64,000 nt of DNA, from assembly GCA_030704615.1 (NCBI GenBank), contig CM060733.1, forward strand, positions 72,850,001 to 72,914,000. The letters run 5' to 3'. The stretch comes from Takakia lepidozioides. Lineage: Eukaryota > Plantae > Bryophyta. Position numbers and translations under genes: made by a program. The notes below the pieces were generated by a model. The model saw only the letters and a list, made by a program, of their open reading frames with translations. It had not been told where the DNA came from and ran no database searches. Below are positions 25,801 to 36,614 of the stretch, piece by piece; position 1 is the first letter of the stretch; every line of letters starts with the position of its first letter.

Positions 25801-28055
25801 GTTGTGAGGTCCTCAGTGATAGGTTCGTTATGAATGTGCATTGAGTTTTCCTGGATGGTTCCTTACTCAATTTTTTTATTTCCATCCTGTGATTTTGCTT
25901 CATTTCAGTAATAATTTGGCTTCATTCTTGAATGTCGTTGACGACATTCACTTCTATGTCTGTGTCATTTCTAATCGCTTATTTGCATTCACCTGGATTA
26001 GGATGTATTTACAGTGTCATGGAATGGAATGTTCTGAATGGCGTTGACGACATTCATATCTGGAGCAGTAGTGTGGTCCTGAAAGGTCCTTGGAGCAGTT
26101 GTCAGAGCCATTTCAATCCATGTTTCTTTCTGTTCTACTTGCATCTTACTCACTGAGCGCTTTTGTGGGTTGGGATTCATCTCCTTTTTTCAGGTACACG
26201 AAATATGTGCTTATGGAAGGAAATCACCTGAGCGGAATTCCCGACTATCTTGACATGTGGTCGGACCCTGCAAACGATCCAACCATGTATACTGCAGGAT
26301 ATTGAAGGACTGGAGTCCTTCTCACTTCAGAGACTGTGGGTGGTACCTTGACTGCCCACCTGAGCACACGACCTTTCAAGAACAGCATATGAAATACTTG
26401 AACAATAACGCTGAGATGCTGGCGCCTTTGACTGACGAAGAGTATCAACGAAACATAGCAACCTTGGCTGCCAAGGAGCCTGATGCTCAGGGAACGCCGC
26501 AGAAGGGAAAGAAGGCGGGCCGCAAACCAAAAGACAAGGCTGTTGATGTCATAGCCATCTCACCAGCAAAGCCAAAGGACAAAGACAAGTCCAAAGAGAA
26601 GGAAAAGGACAAGGGGAAGGAGAATGAAAAGGAGATGGAGAGTGGGCAGGACTTTAGTGCTGGAAGATATACCCGCACTCTTCAGTGCGTGTTCGATGCC
26701 AAGCCACACCCTTCCCGTTCTGATTCAGCAGGAGAGATGAAAATTGTTAATGAGGGTTGGCTTTCGATGATGCAGAGTCGAAAGAGAGGATACACTGGGG
26801 TGCCATCCCCTACCTGGGACAATATAATCTCATTCCTCAATCTGGTGAGAATTCCATTTTCTTTCCTTTTTCTGAATGTTTCGTTGGCAGTATTTCAGTC
26901 TCGTTCTTTGAAAACATTCTTGCCATCGTTCTTATAAAAAACATGTCTGTTGCAGGTGAGCACAGGTCCCACCTTCGTGTGCGGTGTGCAGAAAACTTAT
27001 GCGGCCGACATTGTCATTCTCGACATCCCGGATGGCCAGGCTGTGCCAGAAGTTCTTCCAAAGGGCAAGACGCCAGGGTGGAACAAATTCGAGGACAACT
27101 ACTGGAGTTGGGTATTCGGGTTCTGTAACAATTTCCTCTCTGATGGGACACTTTTGCTTTTTCAGTCATGTGACAATGATAGTCGTCGGGCATTGGCATC
27201 ATACCTCAAGTCTTCAGGGTTTGAAGTTTTGCGCACATGGAATTGTGTGAACAGCCTCTACCTTGTGAAAGGGGGTTTCCCTGGTCAGCTGGTATGTCCG
27301 TCTGCCTTCTGCTTATGCTTTGATCATGAGTTTCAATTTTCTCTGCAGCTCCACTCTAGTAGAATGTTTATGATCGACACCGATCATCAACGATTCATGG
27401 TTTTTGGTGTCAGAGTTCTGAATAGCCGATGTACACACTTCCACTTTAGATTGTGTTTACCACACTAACTGCTATCTTTGGCAGACGAGGATGTTCGAGG
27501 CGATCTGCCTGCGGAGGATTCGCACATCAAAGACACCATCCTCCATCCGCAGCTTTGAGATTTCTGACCAGGGTTGTTTCGTCAACCCCCCCTATGAGCC
27601 CCATGTCGATGACATTTTGTACAACTTCATGCAGTCCAGTCAGACTCTGAAGAGACCAGATGGCACTCCCTGGAGAGGTGCAAAGGAAAAGTCACAGCAT
27701 TCATGCAAATACTGCTGGAGTCATGCAGCCACCGCTCTGCACGGGGTTGATCTTTTGTGTCCACAGGTTCGTTTTCTCCCTTCCGAATTGGTTTCCTTTC
27801 AACAGTTTCATCTGCTTAAATCCCCTCCTCCAAACTGTTTATGTTCTCCTGTCTGGTGCAGGAGCAACTTACCACGCATGCAAGGCAGGCGGAAGAAGCC
27901 TTTTTGGTATGGAGGGTGATTCTGACCTCTACAACACAGTGCTCCTCCCCCTTTTGTCTGGCTCCACTTCAGGCACACAGACTGATCGGATTCATATTCG
28001 AAATGATGACGATCCCGAAGATAAGCAGGTCGACAACGACTTTTCATGTGAGTAA
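22811..28055 (+). CDS. Spliced ParB/Srx-like domain - amino-(N6A/N4C)-DNA methyltransferase-like fusion (frameshifted in this assembly)
   Basis: GT-AG exons approx 22811-23107, 23551-24175, 24270-24462, 24547-24945, 25030-25256, 26194-26844, 26956-27291, 27485-27766, 27862-28048. ParB: RLDIPLCRMISMPVVRPPLSHDITKLESD..HGY and YVWDGNHRLLAW (24027-24053). MTase: DIVILDIPDG (27022-27033, DPPY position), WRGAKEKS, VDL(F)VSTG|ATYHACKAGGRSLFGMEGD (motif I, beta order). Confidence 0.75.
23189..23506. promoter_or_regulatory. Four degenerate copies of 20-bp palindrome GAATGTCGTTGACGACATTC in intron 1
   Basis: Copies at 23189, 23285, 23360, 23487, separated by unique sequence. Confidence 0.7.
25337..26055. 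promoter_or_regulatory. Seven copies of palindrome TGAATG(T/G)CGTTGACG(A/C)CATTCA in intron 5
   Basis: Copies at 25337, 25458, 25568, 25663, 25769, 25930, 26036, about 95-160 bp apart. Confidence 0.8.
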
Positions 28056-29081
28056 GTGCTAAACCCTCTTTGGGAGTCATACTCAATTTCTCGATAACAT
28101 CAAATTTACAGTAATAACTTTTTCAGGCTGTCTTTCAGGAAAGCCAGCGGTGGATCTTCAGGAGATACAGTCATTTCTGGCGAGTCTTTTTCGACAGCCC
28201 CTTTCCAATTTTCTGCTCCCTGTTTATGCCGAAGCAATGGCACTTCACGCGTCCGAGTCCCTATCCCCTGACTTTTTAGTGGCCAGCCGTAGGTGTATCC
28301 AGCGTGGATCCGGTGTTCTAAAATACTTAGACTTAGATGCAGAGGAAGAGGGGATTGTACTGACTCTGAGTCAGACTGAACTGTATTCTTTAATATTCAT
28401 TTTCATATTATCAAAAACGTTGAATCCCCTTACTCTACCGTAGTTGTTCCTTTAGAACAAATAATAATCACAGAATCAACTTTCGTTTAAATTGCTATAT
28501 GTATGAATCCATCTCACAAACCTTCCTGACTCTTCTCATATCCATTGTGCATTCATCTACACTGTATTCATGCGTGCTCCATTCATGAAAGCTTCCTTTG
28601 TACAACATCCATTGTACATTCATCCTCTGACTCTTTAATCCACCCCACAAACCTTCCACACTCATTTCATATACTTTGTGCATTCGTCAAAAGATTTGGT
28701 CATGCATCTTCCTGTCATGAATTTTTGTCATTGCTCAACATCCATTATACATTCATCCATTTTACTCTTATCCATCCGTCATTCATCCATCTACATAGAT
28801 TTTTCAAACTCATCCATCTGTTTATCATCCAACTGTACATTCATCCATCATTTATTCAATGCCTTTTATTATGTCGTCCAGCTTGTTTCCGCGGTAAAGG
28901 GTGCCAATCCGCGGGAATACACTCCACTTCTTTCTGGGTGCGTGGTGACTCGGCCTCCACGTGTGATGACGTGGACTGAGCCCCTGACGTGGCATTTGCG
29001 CAAGGTGACGTGGCGTGAGCGCAGTCGCGCTCGCGCGCTCACGCGCTCACGTGACCAGGCTCACGCCGAGGCATCCCTGAT

Positions 29082-31450
29082 CATCCTCCATGCACCCCAA
29101 TTTGGCATACAAGTCCACAAGGGCATAGTTCAGAACAACATTTTTAATTCCAGCTTGGACGATCAACATCACAAACCCCGTCTTCACTCATTGCCTAGGT
29201 AAGTGCAATTATGGGCTAGGCTGGTACCACATCTCATTCAGCCATATTATCAAAACAACCATGTATCCTTGTAGTTGACCCTGCAACCTTGGCATACATG
29301 TCCACTACGGCAACGTTCAGAATCACATCAAATACAATACCAGCTTTGACAATATCACCGTGGACCTCTGTACCCTTTTTCAGGGCTGCCAGGCGTGCAT
29401 TTGACATACATATCCACCAAGGCAGTGTTTAGAGTGACATCTAGTGGTACAATTCCAGATTTGATAATGGACCTTTGCGTCCTTTCCAGGGCTACCAGGC
29501 TCGCATTTGACATACATGTACACCAGGGGAATGTTCAGAATGACATCAGGTACAATTCCAGCTTTGATGATGTCACCATGAACCTCTTGGCCCCTTCCCA
29601 GGGCTGCTAGGCTCGCATATGCATATTAACAAACACAAGAACATGACCTGGTTTGGCTTCATCCTTTCCCACATCATTTTGTTCTTAGGTTTCCAAAGCC
29701 TTACTCCCACACCTATGCTACACACACCTTACAATCATGGCAGTCCACAACACCACATCTCATTTAGCCATGTTGTCGAACTCTCCCTTTGCATCAGGCT
29801 TGCTGCACCCCACATTTGGCATACATGTCCACTAGGGCAGTGGTCAGAATGACAACTAGTACATTTCAGCTTTGACGATGGCACATGGCCAAGAGATATC
29901 CCAATATCCCGCTACCAATGGGTTCAATGCATACTCTTGTCACATTGGCAGTATCATGTCAAAGTCATTCCAACTAGATTCACTCAACCAGCTAACTTGC
30001 AGAATTGAACATGAAAATTTAGGGCCGATTCTGATAAGAGGGGAAAATAGGGTGAAATGTGTTTTCAGAAGGTGCCTTCATTAGCAGTGCTTGATTGTAT
30101 CAATTGTGTGCTGCTGCTGCTGGCGGCTTCCAATTGACCATCTACCCATGTAGGTTTCTTGTATCTATCCTTCCACAGGGAATCATAGATAATCGGAGCT
30201 TGAAATCTGGCCCTCTTCCACACTCTATCCCTGCTCCTTCAGCTATCTATGCCTCTGCACAAAATCATGCATACAACAATCATTCTGCAAACACCCCCAA
30301 CCCTACTTATCAATGAGCAACGAGCTAACTTACATAATTCAATATGCATCTCAAGGCCGAGTCTGATGAGAGGGCAAAACAGGCTGAAATAGGTCGAAGA
30401 AGAACCCATAGAGGATTTGACCGACCATCAACCCAAAAGGACCTCTTGTGTGTGCTGCTTGTGTCTTGTAGTCAGGTAATGTCGGATTGGTCTGTGAGAA
30501 CCAGCACGGTGCAGATGAGCAGGCAGAGATTGAAACACGGCCTGCTAAGACCAAGCTGACTCTCCCAAGAACCTTGAAACATCAGGAAGAATACCAAATC
30601 ATGGTACTAACAGGAGCCAACAGCCCACATTTGCAGGATGGACAAACTTCTTCACATCGTACATTAAGGAAAAGCCACACCTTGCCATTGCGGTTGTCGC
30701 ACCATCGTGAAGGATCTTTAAAAATCTCATGCCAACTCTGCTCCGTGCTGCAAATGAAGGCCGAGTCTGATGAGAGGGCAAAACAGGCTGAAATAGGTCG
30801 AAGAAGAAGGTGCCCTCACCACATTGTCCTCGACCTTGTGTCATGGCCCATGGAGGATTTGACTGACCATGAACCCAAGAGGACCTCTTCAGTGTGCTGC
30901 TGTGTTTCTGTAGTCAGGTAATGTCGGATTGGTCAGTGAGAACCACCACGGTGCAGCTGAGTGGGCAGAGATTGAAACACGGCCTGCTAAGACCAAGCTA
31001 ACTCTCCCAAGAACCTTGTAAACATCAGGAAGAATACCAAATCATGGTACTAACAGGAGCCACCAACAACCCACATTTGCAGATGACAAACTTCTTCACA
31101 TCGTACATTAAGAAAAAGCCACACCTTGCGATTGCGGTTTGTCCCCACCATCGTGAAGGATCTTTAGAAACTCAGGCCAGCTCTGCTCCGTGCTGTAAAA
31201 TCAGGGCCGAGCGGTAGAGATTGAAACACGGCCTGCTAAGACGAAGCTGACTCTCTCCCAAGAACGGCGGGCTCCCAGCCGAAACCTCCTCGCACACATA
31301 CCGTAGCGTTTCTAGGGTTGCTTGCTCCAAATGCGAAGGTTGATCCAACTGCGGGCCTCCCATGCATGTTTGCCCTCTCTCCCGCTCGCTCGCTCGCTCT
31401 AAGTCCCAACCCTCTCTCTCTCTCCCTCCCGCTCGCTCTAAGTCTGTTCA
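29082..31450 (-). pseudogene. Inverted PPR fragments, upstream region and approx 0.4-kb tandem duplication inside the CACTA
   Basis: Reverse-strand LVDMYAK/HGDIVKAG motifs at 29082-29870; upstream-region copy 29935-30310; duplication 30354 vs 30758 (also inverted at 56500-56940); CT-rich 5'UTR-like tract at 31375-31440. Confidence 0.75.
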
Positions 31451-31516
31451 CGCTACCGTGATGGGCAACTTTTTAAGTTTTTAACCTTTTTGTAAACCCT
31501 AAAAGCCCCTCTTTGA

Positions 31517-31730
31517 TTTTTTTTTTTTTTTTTTCTTTTCTTTTCTTAAGGGAAACCACAGGTCCTTGAGGAGGGGGAAAAATTCACCCGCCTTCATTTA
31601 TGGGCCATAAGACGTACAGGACGATCAACGCCCAGACATACTGTCACGAACAATCCCACACACGGGATAAGGCAGCGGGTTTGAACCCCAAACCACCAGG
31701 GCGACACACTGTGCACTTACCAGCCGATGT
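31517..31730 (-). mobile_element. tRNA-derived SINE
   Basis: Minus strand: A-box-like TCGGCTGGTAAG (31716-31727), B box GGTTCAAACCC (31677-31687), A-rich tail (poly-T at about 31517-31545 on +), inserted in an A/T tract. Confidence 0.7.
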
Positions 31731-31766
<36 letters not shown>

Positions 31767-32200
31767 GCATTTTAAAAAAAAAATTGATTCTAGTGGTCAG
31801 AGTCTCCGTTTTTCAAAATATAAATACTCATATATTATATATATAACCAGAAAAGCATGTGTTGACATGTGCAGTCATGTAGTGATTCATCTATGTGATG
31901 ATCTGGCAGAATGCATTAGAGTGAGAGTCATGAAGTCATATGTCTTTCTAGCAATATACACACGTCATTCTAGTGTAGCCATGACCGTGACTGGTAGTCA
32001 TATCTGCCATGCCAATATTCGTGGTCAAACATGTTTGACCTGTGTTCCGCAGAGTCCGGAGCCATGCAGTCGCATATACGCCTTCCCCAGACCTGCATTA
32101 TGACTTCAAAAGCATTTTACGACTGCAAATGACATTTTCGCCACAATCTGTCATGACTGCGCACCCATGGGAGTCGTAAAAGCCGCAATATGTTGTAGTG

Positions 32201-32533
32201 GATTCTGAACAATACCCTCGTAGACATGGATGCCAAATGTGGGAGCATTGAGGATGTGGAGGGAGTGTTCAACAATATGGCTGAACGAGATTTGGTGTCA
32301 TGGAACGCCATGCTTGTAAGATATGCATAGCAGGGGCGTGGGATGGAGGCCTGGGGGAAGGGGTGAATCCCGACCACATCACGTTTGTGTGCATTTGCAA
32401 TGTGTGTGCAAGCCTAGCAGCTCTGGAAAAGGGCAAAGAGGTCCATGGCGACATGGTCAGAGCTGCAGTTGTACCAAATGTCATTCTAAACAATACCCTC
32501 GTGGACATGTATGAAGGGAATGTTCGACAGTAT
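32201..32533 (+). pseudogene. PPR gene continuation after CACTA
   Basis: ILNNTLVDMDAKCGSIEDVEGVFNNMAERDLVSWNAML..., NPDHITFVCICNVCASLAALEKGKEVHG. Confidence 0.88.
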
Positions 32534-32736
32534 CCTAGTTATCATTCCTGACGTGACGTGGCGCTGACACGTCGGCCGTCACGTCACGTCACGTCGAATC
32601 TGGACGTTTACCTACATAATTTTTTTTTACATTTGACTTTTACGATTTATTTCTACCCTTTGTAATGACATGGCAGCCACGGTGTAAAACAGACGTGGCC
32701 AATTATTAATATTTATTTATTTTTAAATAAAAATGA

Positions 32737-33210
32737 GTCCGCCTATATTGGCGGTCGCATATAATTTATTATTTTTAATAAAAGCGACCGCCCATATTGG
32801 CGGTCGCTTGTAATTTAATATTTTGTTAAATTAAGCGACCGCCAGTATTGGCGGTCGCCGGTAATTTATTTATTTATAAATGAAACGACCGCCCATATTG
32901 GCAGTCGCCCGTTATTTATTTATTTATAAATGAAACGACCGCCGAATTGGCGGTCGCCCGTAATTTATTTATTTTTAAATGAAGCGACCGCCGAAATTGG
33001 CGGTCGCCCGTAATTTATTATTTTAATGAAGCGACCGCCCACGTCGAATTTATTTATTTATAAGAAGCGACCGCCCATATTGGCGGTCGCCCGTAATTTA
33101 TTTATCGAAGCGACCGCCCATATTGGCGTAATTTATTTATTTTAAATGAAGCGACCGCCCATATTGGCGGTCGCTTGTATTTTATTACATTTTAAAATAA
33201 GCGGTCGCGT
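32737..33210. repeat. Subterminal array of GCGACCGCC-N(4-7)-GGCGGTCGC palindromes with AT-rich spacers
   Basis: About 11 units of approx 45-50 bp. Confidence 0.9.
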
Positions 33211-33814
33211 GTTTTTTTTTTTCTTAGAAATCCAGGGGTGCCGTTTTGATTTTTTATTTTAATCATGAAGCGGCGCCTCGGCCAGCCACGTGGCGAGGTG
33301 CCACGGGTCAGGAAAAACGAAACAAATGGGATGGGGGAGGTGGTTTTTGAACCCTTGACCTCTCCATGTGGTGCGCGTGGCGAGGTGCGACTGGCCAGTC
33401 GCGCCGCGCTGACACGTGGCGAGGCGCCACTGGCTGTCGCGCCTTTTCAAGCATAATGCCATTTTTTTTTGGGGGGGGGGGGGGGGTGGGTATATAAACC
33501 ATTCCCCCTCCTTTTCTGATCACTTTTGCCCCTCTTGTGGTGTGGTTCCTTGGCATCCTGTAGTCCTTTCGGACTTCGTTGCTTGGCACTGCCAACGGGA
33601 GGTGCAAAGGTGATTATTTGGGGGGGAGGTTTTGTCGGTTTTCTATTGGTCAGTCCCACACACTTGTTCACGGTACAATCATCGTATCACCATTTTGCCG
33701 TTTCCGGATCTCCGGCGGCCTGTTTTTTTGCAGAAAACTACGAAGACACCATCCACACGCGTTCATTGCCATTTTTCTGAGGTTTTGGACCCTGTAGTGG
33801 CAAAGGTTTATACA

Positions 33815-35178
33815 ATGTCGGGGTTGTGAATTCAAGTTCTGGGGCGGGATCGTCTGGGGGGCGGAGGAAGAGAAACGTGCCCACGAGCGGGGATAGCCAG
33901 GTCAACAAGCCAGACTACCCGGGACCGGATGCCTTGGATAGGGTGAAAGAAGTGGTAGCGGATTATTTCAAGGGTAGGGACATGATGAGGCTGGAGAGTG
34001 CTTATGTTAGGCATGGATGGGAGGGGTTTCAGATTTTCCAGCAAAATATGGAGAGGAAAATGACAAACGCTTTGGCGGGGGCTAAGTGGACGGCGGACAG
34101 GGACAAGCCGAAGTTCAATCGGTGGATCCAAAGCAGGGCGAAAGACGCCACGTGGAATTTGAGGCAGCTAATGAAGACATGGAAGGGTAGAACAACCGAG
34201 GGTCGAGTGCCCTCCGCCGAAGCCGAGTTAATGCGCGTTTGAGTATTGGGCTTGCTCGGCAAGTCAGAATTCACATCGCCGGACTAGGGTTGTCCCTTGG
34301 AAGGCGGGGTCATCGGCGGGGAGGCACAACTGGTCTTTATTACCTGAACTCTAGTGCGAAGGTGGTAGAGATTGGCCCTTACAAAGAAGGGTATGCTAAG
34401 GTCCGTCACTGTAGGATTGTTGGCGATTCTAGAATACCGGAGCGTTGGGAGCTAGCGGGAAAAAAAACCCAAGTCCAAAAATCCAGAAAAAACGTTGAGA
34501 CAACATAACGACGAGTGTTTGGCAGTGAAGTTCCAGCATCCGGGTGTTATCTCGTATTTTGCTGTGAATGCACGTGAGGTAGAGGGTTACACTCGCTGGT
34601 GGAATGGGGGGACAATACGCGACATGATGAACCTTGACAGAAAATGGGGCAACGATTCGGACAACAGGGTGATTTTGGAACAAAGGGGAACGGAAGCAGA
34701 GTTCCAGGAATGCGATCGCTTGCTTCGTTTCCGGAAAGTGCGCAGTAAACTTGCATGGGCACTGGTGTGCATCATGGATGTTGTCCACAAGAACGGTGTC
34801 CTGCACAACGACTTGTCCCCCGACAACATCTTGTTGCATTTTCCAGATGCACCGAGGAGATCAAGATTGGGGTGTGTGATTGGGGCTTAGCCACCCCATT
34901 GGGCATACGCGCAAAGCCTCGCCGTACCAGTTTGAAAACCAAGACAAGCTGGACCGGGAACTCGCGAAAAAATGGTGGGTGGAAAAAGATATTGCATCGG
35001 TTTTCAATGCGAATGTCCCCCCCCCCAGGACATGACGTCGGAGGCCTTTGCCGTTGGGAAGATAGCGGTACGAATAAATGGCGGCGTTCATTATGATCAA
35101 AGTATGTTCCAGGACCAATTTACGGGAGGTTGTTGGCATTCAATGCTACAAAGGTTTGTACGACAACAACAAGAATGA
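33815..35178 (+). pseudogene. Protein kinase (frameshifted), TE-borne
   Basis: EGYAKVR (Gly-loop remnant), ELAGK (VAIK), FQHPGVI, VLHNDLSPDNILL (catalytic loop), VCDWGLA (DFG), SEAFAVG. TATATAAA at about 33491. Confidence 0.8.
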
Positions 35179-35451
35179 GAGAGTCACATTAGCCCATGTA
35201 GTACTTCGGTTCATGGGCAAGCCATTCAATTGGCCTGAGCCGAAAAGACGTATATAGGACGGAGTAGACCATAGTCTCGTAGATATGACATTTCTGGCGG
35301 TACAATGGTTCTTTTATGAAGACATAACTCAATTTTGATCGTGCATGTAATAAATAAAGTCCATTGTAAATACTACATTGCATATGCTCGACCCTGGCAC
35401 CTGTCATCGCAACATAAATGGTTTGTGTACTGGCTCACTGTTTATATTTGT

Positions 35452-35778
35452 AATGTTTCAAGGTTTCGGATAGGGTTATGAGAAAACGATGTATTAGTTC
35501 CGTAGGAGTTAGACAACAAACGTCTCATCTCATTCAACTGTGCGACACTACCATGAGAGGCATGGATCGGAAAGTAATAGGTGCACATGCGACCTCCGAA
35601 CGTTTGATACTAGGTCTCTACTTAAACGTGCGGAGGTCGCATGTACACCTATTACTTTTTTATCCATGCACTCATGGTAGTATCGCACAGTTGAATGAGA
35701 TATGGAACGTTTGTTGTCCAACTCCTATGGATCCAATATATCATTTTCTCAGTACCCTGTCAGAAACATTGAAACATT
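35452..35778. ncRNA. Long imperfect fold-back hairpin A
   Basis: Approx 155-nt arms, e.g. AAAGTAATAGGTGCACATGCGACCTCCG pairing with CGGAGGTCGCATGTACACCTATTACTTT; short loop at about 35606-35622. Expression not shown. Confidence 0.6.
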
Positions 35779-35948
35779 CGCAGTTACAAACAGTGCCACA
35801 ATACACGGCCGGTTTTGTTGAAATGACATTTGTGAGGTTCGAGCGTATGCAATTTATTATTTACAACGGAATTTTATTTACTCGGGGGACCGGTACTGCT
35901 GTTGGAGCGCAACTGATGGTGCGAGTTCTCTATTGATTGGAGCTGTCA

Positions 35949-36324
35949 CAACCAATGTCAACAATCATATTTACGGTAAGGTGTTTCATGCTATTGTTGT
36001 TCCTCTAGCTGAATTCTGTAGTACTCTTTTTGCTATTCCCATGCCAACGTCCTCTGAGACTGTCATGTTCAAACGGACGTATCAGCCACCCCGGCCAGCT
36101 TGCAGGCTGCAGCCATGGCCCACCATAAATTGAATGAATTGGAGATTTTGTGCGAAGTTCCTGGTTTCATGTCCGTGGTGGCTGATACGGAATTCGGAAT
36201 ATGGCAGCAGTGGACCTGATGTTGTTGGCATGGGAGTAGCAAAACGATTCCTAAATAATTCTGCTACATGAACATCGGCAGTATGAAAACACCTTGCAGT
36301 ACATATGATTCTTGATATTGTTTG
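35949..36324. ncRNA. Long imperfect fold-back hairpin B
   Basis: CAACCAATGTCAACAATCATAT/ATATGATTCTTGATATTGTTTG; TTTGCTATTCCCATGCCAAC/GTTGGCATGGGAGTAGCAAA; CGTATCAGCCACC/GGTGGCTGATACG. Confidence 0.55.
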
Positions 36325-36376
36325 CACGGATTATTTGTGTTTGTTTTCAAGTGGCGAACATTTCCGCCATGGTGCG

Positions 36377-36491
36377 GAAGACGTGCATTGGCCACATTAA
36401 CGGTTGATGTGATACCATTTCACAAATGTATCACATCGCATTTGTGAAAATGTATCACATGAACCGTTCCATGTGGCCTACGGGAGTCTTC
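36377..36491. ncRNA. Fold-back hairpin C (pre-miRNA-sized)
   Basis: GGCCACATTAACGGTTGATGTGATACCATTTTCACAAATG/CATTTGTGAAAATGTATCACATGAACCGTTCCATGTGGCC. Confidence 0.55.
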
Positions 36492-36614
36492 GATGGGTAC
36501 GAGATCAATGTGGCCTACGAGATCTGCTTCCACCAACAACATGTGATCATTTCAGAAGCGCTAGAACTTTGAAGCGACGATGGGCAAGGTTCTTCATCCA
36601 GATGTTCAACATGC

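Larger units (their letters stand above)
17828..29081. mobile_element. Two-gene Mutator-like element (transposase + ParB-methyltransferase)
   Basis: Imperfect TIRs ATCAACGACGCAATGGCGTGAGCGTTGCACGTGAGCGCG and rc ATCAGGGATGCCTCGGCGTGAGCCTGGTCACGTGAGCGCG; GACGTGGCGTGAGC subterminal repeats at both ends; PPR sequence on both flanks. Confidence 0.85.
16004..32200. mobile_element. Non-autonomous (Pack-like) CACTA element carrying inverted PPR-locus DNA, a nested MULE and a SINE
   Basis: TIRs CACTACAACAAATTGCGGCTTTTACG (16004-16029) and CGTAAAAGCCGCAATATGTTGTAGTG (32175-32200), 25/26 match. 3-bp TSD GAT (16001-16003, 32201-32203). Removal restores PPR 'CCAGATGTGATTCTGAACAATAC' as seen at about 52994. 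Confidence 0.95.

Noticed and set aside
28490-28870. CATTCATCCA-rich tract and His-rich ORFs
   Set aside because: Degenerate simple repeat in the MULE subterminal region; no coding signal.
31670-31730. tRNA gene
   Set aside because: A/B boxes present but no full cloverleaf; followed by unrelated body and A tail, so called a SINE.
36027-36048. Resemblance of TTTGCTATTCCCATGCCAA to the miR482/2118 family
   Set aside because: Needs a 3-nt gap in the core relative to the family sequence as I recall it; cannot be supported without a search.
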